NCBI GenBank assembly: GCA_951406725.2
Contig: OX597817.1
Location: 160,828,001-160,892,000 of the forward strand
Length of the DNA: 64,000 nucleotides
Direction of reading: 5' to 3'
From: Octopus vulgaris
Lineage: Eukaryota
Positions within the stretch are counted from its first letter, which is position 1. Each line of letters opens with the position of its first letter. The notes beneath the pieces were generated by a model, which was not told where the DNA came from, ran no database searches, and worked only from the letters and a program-made list of their open reading frames with translations. The position numbers and the translations under genes are program-made. Shown here one piece after another: positions 55,389-64,000 of this stretch.

Positions 55389-56537
55389 TAGGTGAATGAA
55401 TTATCCTAGCATGGAAAATTCGTTTAACCGATACCTGGGTAGCAAATTCACGTCAGAAAACACGGTTGAAGCGACCTGTATAGGGTAGAAACTCCGGGTT
55501 CTTGTGTGGAAATTTGTGTGTTTTTTATATATGAATAAATGAAAGAATGGAGTCGAACGAAGATGTTAACAAAATTCCTTTACTCTCGACACATGTTTCG
55601 AAGACAGCATACTTTTATTCCGAAGGAATAAAGGGTGCATTATGCAATCTTCTCCCCAGGAAAGATAAGGAGCCTCTCTCAGCCACAAGACGAACAAAAA
55701 ATTTTGGTGATTTCCTACATAGTGACCACAGTGATAATGAGTGTTTTTTCAAAAAAATCCGTTATAAGCATTGACGTCAAAAATGGGTAGAAGGAGGAAG
55801 TAGTAAAAATAGGTAGGGGACAATATGTATGCTGTATGTATGGGAAAATCCAACACAAGTGTTTTTTTTTTTATATTTGCATGGCAATTACACTACTGAA
55901 TGCAATAAATGGGTGAGGGTAAAAAGTTCAACCAAATCCACTCACAAGGCTTTGGTCGGCCCGAAGCTATAGTAGAAGACACTTGCCCAAGGTGCCACGC
56001 AGTGGGGCTGAACCCGGAACCATGTGGTTGGTAAGCAAGCTACTTACCACACAGCCACTCCTACGCCTATTAATGTTTATATGTTAAATGCATCTCTTGG
56101 ATTAATTGGGATATATCAGCAAGGACGCAACCCGAAGTCAATATCAGATACCAAGGTCACTTTACTGAAGGTGAGAAAACATCCAGCTTGCACCTTAACA
56201 AAACCAGTTCCTGGACCAGCTTTCATACTCCAAAGTCAACTAATGGATTTCTTTACAACCTCATTTGAAATTATACGACTAGATTGACATATAACTAATC
56301 CTGTAACGAAATTGATGAATGAACTGCGAGGTAAAACCTTTGTACGCTTCAGTTCTATAAATATTGATAAGATCTATAAATATAATTAACTCTCTTTTTA
56401 TACTGTATGGAAACTGTATTTGTATGTTTTGTGTGCTGTATGTATTTGTAAGTAGCAGTTGTAATAGTTCAAAGCACCTCACCTGGGTTGTACATAGGTA
56501 ATATTGATTAGTGGCGGCGGAGCGATTGCTTGAACAC
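43223..56537 (-). CDS. Putative secreted zinc metallopeptidase (HEFGH; lethal factor/PPEP-1/MtfA-like), spliced, 5'-incomplete, at least 284 aa
   Basis: complement(join(56537-56483,55066-54928,50517-50364,46778-46570,45296-45148,43370-43223)). All introns are GT-AG, all five junctions are phase-compatible, and there are no internal stops. Motifs [59 protein letters not shown]. Start exon not found. Confidence 0.88.
45148..45296 (-). CDS. Metallopeptidase exon (IGAAYRNAY...[19 protein letters not shown]...GGMN)
   Basis: tacag acceptor, GTAAGT donor, candidate third zinc ligand Glu. Confidence 0.9.
46570..46778 (-). CDS. Metallopeptidase exon with HExxH ([17 protein letters not shown]...[11 protein letters not shown]...KNK)
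   Basis: ttttatag acceptor, AAG|GTAAAG donor, HEFGH; absent from the ORF track. Confidence 0.9.
47345..48422. mobile_element. Second copy of the tRNA-head/hammerhead palindromic element, interrupted by an about 500-bp insertion (47534-48040)
   Basis: Same arms as 36913-37421; hammerhead motifs at about 47426-47472 (-) and 48370-48416 (+). Confidence 0.82.
48370..48416 (+). ncRNA. Minimal hammerhead ribozyme motif
   Basis: CUGAUGA-a-GGCUG-loop-CAGCC-GAAA with perfect 5-bp stem II. Confidence 0.68.
48423..48563. repeat. Short foldback/MITE
   Basis: ttcttctacttgaagaagaatctcccagataatgt / acattatctgggagactcttcttaaagtagaagaa. Confidence 0.7.
48750..48920. repeat. (TA)n/(TACA)n microsatellite
   Basis: Seen directly. 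Confidence 0.95.
49770..50172 (-). mobile_element. SINE family A, young copy
   Basis: CpG-rich near-consensus copy. Confidence 0.87.
50364..50517 (-). CDS. Metallopeptidase exon ([10 protein letters not shown]...[17 protein letters not shown])
   Basis: ttacag acceptor, GTTTGT donor. Confidence 0.87.
50729..50825. repeat. (CAT)n(GAA)n compound microsatellite
   Basis: Seen directly. Confidence 0.95.
51453..52018 (+). mobile_element. Internally deleted mariner transposon
   Basis: About 30-bp TIRs, TA TSD, N-terminus [13 protein letters not shown] fused to C-terminus [21 protein letters not shown] (YSPDLAP motif). Confidence 0.92.
52027..53434 (+). mobile_element. Internally deleted Merlin/IS1016(ISXO2)-like DNA transposon with nested palindromes
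   Basis: TIR GGTGCTACTTTAGCGTGCGG with subterminal repeats; remnants [16 protein letters not shown] and [19 protein letters not shown]; atatt on both flanks. Confidence 0.72.
52685..52727 (-). ncRNA. Minimal type I hammerhead ribozyme motif with GUC cleavage triplet
   Basis: UCCAGA-CUGAUGA-cGAG-caaaua-CUCa-GAAA-CAUG-UC-UCUGGA; perfect 6-bp stem I; palindromic ACAUGU helix III. Confidence 0.75.
53670..54052 (-). mobile_element. Non-autonomous Helitron-like element
   Basis: 5' TC, 3' hairpin cccgagcaacgccggg then CTAG, inserted between A and T, no TSD. Confidence 0.78.
54928..55066 (-). CDS. Metallopeptidase exon ([10 protein letters not shown]...[14 protein letters not shown])
   Basis: tgcag acceptor, AAG|GTAGGT donor. 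Confidence 0.85.
56483..56537 (-). CDS. Metallopeptidase exon ([18 protein letters not shown])
   Basis: T-rich gttacag acceptor, CAG|GTGAGG donor, phases fit the next exon. Confidence 0.72.
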
Positions 56538-56612
56538 CTGTAACAAAAAAAAAGTCACGTAGAAATATTTAGGTAACAACTATCACACGTACATAAAACT
56601 TTTATTTATATA

Positions 56613-56643
<31 letters not shown>

Positions 56644-57299
56644 ACTAACACATATACATACAATGCACGTATATTCGCGCGCGCGTGTGTGTGTTATAAA
56701 TAAAGTTAGATAATGTCAGTTTATGGGATTACTCTGGGGTTCACGTCCATAAAGCACTTAGCTTTACGGCCTATCGTCAAATTCCAAACCTGTTAGCTTA
56801 TGGCATCTCTAGCGAGTGGCCTTTCTAGTGGGCGGCCTCTCTAGAAAATGGAGGAAGAAAGGATTCCACTACTCAATGTCAACAACATTGGCTATCGATC
56901 GTAAGTGACCCTGTCATCTTGTGGGTTCCAACAGGCAAGCAGGAATTTCTTGAAATGCAAACACGGTCCTAAGACTTCCGTTCTGAGTTAAGGATGTTCT
57001 CCTGGTCTATGAAGTCCTTTAGTATCCTCGCCCGTTCCGCTATGCACAGTTTTCAAAGCTTGGTCCTGTTTATATAGGGGCCTGGATTTTTTAAAGATTC
57101 TTCGTGATATCGTGTGCAGAATCCCGTCCTCTTTCGACTATCATACATGACTGGCTAGTGACGTAACGTATCTTCTTTCGGTATCCCGAAGGAGGATCTG
57201 TGGTTGGAAAGGTGTTGCTTGAATGTGTTACCTGAGCAACCGAAATATCTCCTTGCTCGGAGTTTAAAACAACTGTTGCGTTGTAATAAATTTGGAAAG

Positions 57300-57700
57300 T
57301 TTACTAGTTGAAATTATGATGGTATAAATGAGTCAACAGTAGAGATTGGCAGTATAAATAGTAGAGACTTAAGGTTAGAAACTTCGAGGAAAATAAAGAA
57401 TTATTCTGTCAGGTAAATGGTCAGCAGATCTATTAAAGTTTTGAGTACGGGGCTCTTTTTGGCTATGCATAACTCGCAGCATTTTGTAGAATGGTTTGTA
57501 ATTCTCTCGAGTATCTTTCAGTTGAGGACGAATGCAGTATCACGTTCTTTCAAATTCCATACGTAATTGGAGAGTGCTGTTGCATTACTTTTTTCTGGAT
57601 TTCTGAAGGGAGAAGTATAGATTAAGTATCGTTGTTTAAATTTACATTAAATTACAATTCAAATATATTGATAATGTTCAAACAAAAGCTGAGTTTGTAA
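57300..57700 (-). mobile_element. Penelope-like GIY-YIG endonuclease fragment, decayed
   Basis: FKQRY..FRNPEKSNATALSNYVWNLKE..KILE..CELCI pattern. Confidence 0.65.
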
Positions 57701-57780
57701 TCGCCTGATGATTATCTAGCGTGTTTGTGTGTGTATGCATGCACGTAAATGTGTGTAGCGATGAATAAGTATGTGTGTAC

Positions 57781-57844
<64 letters not shown>

Positions 57845-57944
57845 TCACACATTCATATGTGTGTGTATCCGTTTGTGTGTATATATATATATATATGCGT
57901 GTATGTATATGGGTGTGTGTCTGCGTGTGTGTATGTACGTATAC

Positions 57945-58330
57945 ATCTATTATATAAAATCCGTTCTGTCTGTCTGTATGTGTGTCTTCTAGGATCTCGG
58001 GCATCCTCCATCCGATTGCACTCAAATTTGATATATAGATACCGATGGTATCAGGGCATGTATAAGTATTGAAAAAATTACAAAATTCGATTCCAGATGA
58101 GAATGCGATCGATAAAGCCGTGGGAACGTGCATTTGTAAAATCGTTTTTCTTGGAATAAAAAAAAAGTCTATCTTTATTTCTTCTTTTGCTGGTGTCTCA
58201 AATTTAGGTTAAATCAGTGTTTCTCAAAGGAGAGGCATATGGGACGGTCGGACAAGTTGTTTTGAGAAAATTTGGTTTAAATGTTTGACAACTCAGCACC
58301 GTCCATTGGACTGGGGGCGTTTTGCTCGTA
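57945..58330 (+). mobile_element. Non-autonomous Helitron-like element, diverged
   Basis: a|tctattatataaaatccgttctgtctgtc start, GC-rich subterminal segment then ctcgt. Confidence 0.5.
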
Positions 58331-58390
58331 AACGTACATAAATGAATATATATGTTTGCATGTATTTATAAATGATATATGTATATATAT

Positions 58391-58758
58391 AGGCGCAGGA
58401 GTGGCTGTGTGGTAAGTAGCTTGTTTACCAACCATATGGTTCCGGGTTCAGTCCCACTGCGTGGCACCTTGGGCAAGTGTCTTCTACTATAGCTTCGGGC
58501 CGACCAAAGCCTTGTGAGTGGATTTGGTAGACGGAAGCTGAAAGAAGCCCGTCGTATATATGTATATATATATATGTGTGCTTGTATGTTTGTGCGTCTT
58601 TGTCCCATCCAACATCGCTTGAGAAGCGATGCTGGTGTGTTTACGTCCGCGTCACTTAGCGGTTCGGCAAAAGAGACCGATAGAATAAGTAGGCGGTGCT
58701 CCGGCATGGCCGCAGTCAAATGACTGAAACAAGTAAAAGAGTAAAAGAGTAAAAGAGT
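58391..58758 (+). mobile_element. SINE family A with internal deletion
   Basis: Family A consensus lacking about 45 nt before ggcggtgctcc. Confidence 0.85.
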
Positions 58759-59238
58759 ATATGACTTTAGGTGGTTATGTTTAATTATATTGATATAAGA
58801 AAGTATGTTCATGTGTGAGAATGTAAAAAGTGTTCGTATGTATATATTTGCTGTTGAATAAATTCAAATGTATGCTTACTACTATGTGTATAGGCGTATA
58901 TATGTGTACACAAAAGAGTGTATGAATGTATCTGAGTGTATATATGTATGTGTATTTGCGTGTGTGTGTGTGTGTATGCCCATGTGTCCGCGCGTATGTG
59001 TGTATGTGTGTGTATGCTCGTGTAGTATAGATACATATATATCATTACATATGATCGTATGTAAATGTTATTTCCAGTTATGTCTACATAGTAATGAACG
59101 AAGATCCTGGGAAACCTGAAAAACAGTATGCATTGCTACGTATTACAGTCATACATAATTAGGTAATACATACACACTCACACACACATATACATACATG
59201 TGTGTGTGTGGGGGTGTAGGTGCTCATACATGTATGCG

Positions 59239-59269
<31 letters not shown>

Positions 59270-59626
59270 GTGCATTTATGTATGTATATACTCACACATG
59301 CACGCATGCGCATATATATATGATTAAAAACTAAAAACAGATACTGACACAGAAGAGGGTGTATGTATGTACACTTATACAAGGACTCATAACATAACTG
59401 ATAGTTTCAATATGCATACACACACACACACACACACACACACTGAATCTTCCCTACCAAACATATGTGCATTTACACACGGTGACATACCTGTTTATAC
59501 TGTTGATATATATATGAAATTTGTAATTGCTAATTCAGCACAGAAGATAATGGCTCAGAATGAGAAGCGGAACTATTTACCAGAGATAACAATGAAATAC
59601 TTTGCAAAGCAGATTAAGACTTAGTT

Positions 59627-59627
<1 letters not shown>

Positions 59628-59712
<85 letters not shown>

Positions 59713-59713
59713 G

Positions 59714-59749
<36 letters not shown>

Positions 59750-59899
59750 CACGCACGCACGCACGCACGCACACACAAGCACGCACGCACACACACACAC
59801 ACACATGCACACACACACACACGCACGCACGCGCGCACACACACACACACATACACACACACACACGCACGCACGCGCGCACGCGCGCGCACACACACA

Positions 59900-59955
<56 letters not shown>
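59628..59955. repeat. Compound (CA)n/(CACG)n microsatellite
   Basis: Seen directly; source of the spurious HT/VC ORFs. Confidence 0.97.
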
Positions 59956-59956
<1 letters not shown>

Positions 59957-59965
59957 CACTCATGA

Positions 59966-60841
59966 AGTGGGTGTTTCAAATAATTTGATATCATTTCGCA
60001 ATCTAATAACTTCGCCAGTTCTTGTTCAAATGACTTCGAATTTTAACAGCATATGTAGAAACAGTTCAAAATTTTATGTGTAATGTTTGATATGTTTACC
60101 TTTTCAGGTAAAGAAATGGCATTCACTGGAGGAGAAAATGCGTTTTGTGTGTTGGAGTATGCTCGAATACAGTCGAACAAGACTGTGCATGAGAGAGTTC
60201 TCTAAAGAGTTACCAATGGCAATGCAGATTTGGACATGGCACAAAAAATTTAAAGAGGAAGGCTGTCTATGCAGGGCAAAAGGATCTGGACGACCACTAA
60301 CATCGGAACAGACGGTCGAGCGGGTTTGCCAAAAACTCTTGCGAAGCCCCAAGAAGTCCATAAGAAGAACAAGTCTGGAAACCCAGATTCCTCCAACTAG
60401 TTTCGCACGTCCTGAGGATACGCTTGCTAATGAAACCCTACAAGCTGCAGCTCGTTCAGGCCAAAACGGCAGATGACAAGCGAAAGTGCAAGCATGGGGC
60501 TATGTGAAGGGCCTGTTTTATACCCCAACCTCCCATTCCTGCAAACCTAGAGGAGCTCGAGCAAAGAATCGCTACCGCAGTGGAGACTGTTACCTAAGAC
60601 ATGCTGCAGCGTGTTTGGGAGGAGCTGGACAACCGAATTCACGTGTGCCGTGTCTCAGGCGGTGCTCATATTGAATATTTGTGAAATCGTTCGTGGAATC
60701 CACATACCTTTGAATTTCTCATTCAAATTTGGAGGAATAAATCTTATGTTGCTCAACATTAAGCCTGTTTGGTTTCATTTGCTTTGACTTTGTAGTTTTT
60801 GTGATATTTACATCCCAAATGATATCAAATTTTTTGAAACC

Positions 60842-60846
<5 letters not shown>
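59966..60846 (+). mobile_element. Internally deleted Tc1/mariner element (DUF4817-type HTH)
   Basis: WHKKFKEEG..KGSGRP..RSPKKSIRR, WGYVKG, MLQRVWEELDNRIHVCRVSGGAHIEYL; TIR gtttcaaataatttgatatcatt / aatgatatcaaattttttgaaac. Confidence 0.88.
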
Positions 60847-60879
<33 letters not shown>

Positions 60880-61152
60880 AAAGGAACAAAGGTTCAGGAA
60901 GACCGGTTTCCCTGATTTTATGGATGAGATGCTGGTCTGTTTCAGGATTACTCATTTTTGTGATCTGAGTGAACTGGAACAACGTGAAATGAAGGCTCTA
61001 GTAAACCAGTCTGGCGGCCGCAGAAGTTGAAGTTCTAACTCGTAAATTAGTGCTGATTATAAGAAACCCCGGACTATCAGTCTCAGGAAAGTAGGTGCTA
61101 TACCTACACACATATATATATATATAGGTATATATGGTTATAGGTTAGTGTG

Positions 61153-61187
<35 letters not shown>

Positions 61188-61559
61188 ATTTGTGTACAGA
61201 TATATCATGCATACGTTTTAAAGTACACATGTTTAGCCTTATGTGTCCTATAGTGTCTCGATTTGAGCTCTGAGTACGTTCATAAAATGTTTAGGTTTAA
61301 ACTGAAGGGCGCTATTCGGGATCATTACGCTGCATAAAGATGCAATGTAAAGATACAAGCTGAACAGATTATTTGCAACAGTCATGCGAACACAAATGTA
61401 TGTGAAAGACATCGTCAATCGACCACTAAATCCAGAGACTCACTGTTTCACCTACTAAGCATTTAATAAGTTTAGATAAGCCCAAATGTGATGTTAGAAA
61501 CCACGTCTATTAAAATCCAATGTCATTATGAAATAATGAAATAAGTTAAATTATTCAGC

Positions 61560-61619
61560 TTTAACCACGGGTACTTTAACCACGGGTACTTTAACCACGG
61601 GTACTTTAACCACGGGTAC
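61560..61619. repeat. 15-bp tandem repeat ctttaaccacgggta x4
   Basis: Four perfect copies. Confidence 0.95.
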
Positions 61620-61750
61620 TAGCAAACCAGTCTGGTGGCCGCAGAAGTTGAAGTTCTAACTCGTAAATTAGTGCGGATTATAAGAAGCCGGACTATCAGT
61701 CTCAGGAAAGTAGGTGCTATACCTTCACACACACACACACACACACAAGT

Positions 61751-61808
<58 letters not shown>

Positions 61809-62010
61809 TCTGAGATGAGTGTGCAGGTTGTGGTTCTTCCATGCACATTGGTTTCTTTTCGAAGAAAACAACTAATTCGTCTGCGTTTACGACAGAAAAC
61901 CTTGTCATGAAGCTCATGGTACTGTGTTTATCATCTCCAGAACAATCCTGTTTACCTTGTTGCTGTGTTCCTAATATCAGTAATTCTCAATATACTGGTT
62001 CGTGATTTCT

Positions 62011-62243
62011 TATTTCTTTATTGCCCACAAGGGGCTAAACACAGAGGGGACAAACAAGGACAGACAAAGGGATTAAGTCGATTACAACGACCCCACAGCG
62101 TAACTGGTACTTATTTAATCGACCCCCGAAAGGATGAAAGGCTAAGTCGACCTCGTCGGAATTTGAACTCAGAACGTAAAGACGGACAAAATACGATAAG
62201 CATTTCGCCCGGCGCGCTAACGTTTCTGCCAGCTCGCTGCCTT
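62011..62243 (-). mobile_element. SINE family B with about 15-bp TSD
   Basis: TSD ctggt(t/c)cgtgatttct on both flanks. Confidence 0.88.
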
Positions 62244-63239
62244 CTGGTCCGTGATTTCTGCAATCTTAGTAGAGCTATTAATGAAGAATTCGGAAAGAAG
62301 AATTCTGTCTGTTGCCAATTTCTCTACGGTAAGATTATCAGATTCATTTTAGATGCGCGGTTATGACAACTTTTGTAACTGTGAAATACATAAAGTCTTA
62401 CATTAAGATTTCATTTCATCCTCCAAATTTTAAGCATTGATATTTTGCATTCTTCCTTCATTGGCCTGATCAATAACGTCATTGATGACCGTTGATACTA
62501 TTTCTTAATCAAATTCCAAGAAATCATTGCATGCTTCTGACCATAGCTTTTTCCAAACTTTATTCATGCAGTTATAATGTACTTCGTCCCGAAATGATTT
62601 GATATTAACCATGCACTTTTATGGTAGTTTTTCAAAAAAAAAAATTCCTGATATATTGTTTATTCTTGGTCCTCCGCTTCTTCAACAAGTTCTTTGAGAG
62701 TAAAATGAAGTTAGCAGGTCTTTATACTAAAAATTACACCCTCGGTTGCAGTCAGGATGTGATTTTTGGTGACAAGTAAACTACTTCGATTGTAATGCCG
62801 ACATGATGACTGTCTAGATTCTGGGGTAACCTGTTATATATGCCAGACAAGTTTTTGATTCTTAAATCATAAATAGAGGATGTTCGCATTGTCCTCGCTC
62901 TTCTGAATAATGAACTAGCATCGGTTTCAGCTTAAATTTCTTGAAGTATTACTGCCAAGTAGCAGTTTTAAACAGCTTTTAACTCAGAAGTGTTTTTCCG
63001 TCTCGAGGGATGAACGCGCAGGTTGGCACGCTTTTCCAGAAAAAAACTTGTTTAATCTAGATCGAATATTACTTAGGGAGAGTAGCTGCTACACTCGATG
63101 ATACTCTAAAGAATATGAGGAAATTTCTTGGTTGCCTGAGTGTCAACACATGCAACCGCATAAGACACGCCGATAGTTTGAATGTCATGTAATCGATTGA
63201 ATCTACGAAACCAACCTCAGCTAGCTGTGGATGCTCTTC

Positions 63240-63535
63240 AATTATAATAATAATATAATATAATAATAATGAAATTATTGTATACAGTGCTCAGGTGCAC
63301 CACAACTTGTCAAAAAGTGCGTATAAAGTATATGCAGTAATGTACGAATGTCTGGAAAGCGAACAGTGTATGAGTCAGATACATGCTTGCATCTGTATGG
63401 AGGGGAGAAAATCAGGTGTAGTGTTGGTGAATCTCAGGAAGCATGGAAGTTTTGAAGGATGCAGTGCTCCGACAACTAACAACTGATGCCGGCAGTCTGT
63501 TCCATGCTTCAGCAACTCTTAGCGTGAAAAAAAAA
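63240..63535 (-). mobile_element. CR1/L2-type LINE 3' end
   Basis: FFTLRVAEAWNRLPASVVSCRSTASFKT followed by 3' UTR and (ATT)n tail. Confidence 0.72.
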
Positions 63536-64000
63536 ATCTTTTCTATATTTTTTTCTGTTAAGTATCTAAAGTTGCTCCTTATATATTTTCCTACTATAAT
63601 AAATTGGCGTAAAGAAATTGTTGTACATCGTCATCGGCGCATACAACTAGCATATTTTTACCGTTTCCGCAAAATTTACTCTTTGAACAAGTCATCTTTT
63701 TTTCGCTGATAACCAGGTCGTCATAGAAAGAGTCATCTTAAGGTAAATGTTGTAAGTGCTGATGCACTGGAGCCAATGTGACCCATTGAATCCACGAGTC
63801 CCTTGGAGAGGGCATGTGAGAAAACAGTTTAACAATTTACCAGTCATAATGTCCGGCCCCATGAGCATCTAAAGATGGCCCTCATTATGGCAGAAATTAC
63901 TAATTTGTCCCTATTTTCTATGATGGTTTTCGTCGTAGATGTGCTCAAGTTTAAACACCCACATACGTCCGTTGCTCGTTATCTTCTGTTCACCTCAACA

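Larger units (their letters stand above)
61900..63800 (-). pseudogene. Decayed Tigger/pogo transposase, interrupted by a SINE and a LINE fragment
   Basis: Remnants GWFRRFNR, FFWKSVP, EVHYNCMNKVWKKLWSE with many stops. Confidence 0.62.

Noticed and set aside
59581-59620. Candidate signal-peptide exon for the peptidase ([16 protein letters not shown]|GTAAAT donor, correct phase)
   Set aside because: An in-frame TAA lies immediately upstream, with no ATG and no good acceptor; left unassigned.
59577-60083. Long HT/VC-rich ORFs (also at 48.7, 55.1 and 57.7 kb)
   Set aside because: Translations of dinucleotide/tetranucleotide microsatellites.

Overview
Eukaryotic, AT-rich, repeat-dense animal genomic DNA; the SINE families look like octopus (coleoid cephalopod) repeats, which is an inference from recognising them. 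There are two convergent spliced genes. (1) A complete STT3A oligosaccharyltransferase catalytic subunit on + (15 coding exons, 1657-32507, 702 aa by my exon sum), whose 7th coding-region intron is a minor-spliceosome (U12) intron. (2) A 5'-incomplete gene on - (6 exons, 56537-43223) that the ORF track only shows in pieces: a Cys-rich HEFGH...Y-x6-EYFAE zinc metallopeptidase resembling the anthrax lethal factor/PPEP-1/MtfA fold and uncharacterised bacterial proteins. The rest is mobile DNA: a full-length but mutated RTE/BovB-type LINE, several tRNA-derived SINE families including a 4.6 kb head-to-tail array, mariner/pogo/Merlin/hAT/piggyBac/Helitron derivatives and Penelope-like fragments. The most unusual signal is ribozyme-bearing repeats: a twice-present palindromic element made of two head-to-head units (tRNA-like Pol III head + (AAT)n + minimal hammerhead ribozyme), a second unrelated hammerhead palindrome, and a possible HDV-like fold at the LINE 5' end. 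Exon coordinates were read by hand from splice sites; repeat boundaries are approximate.
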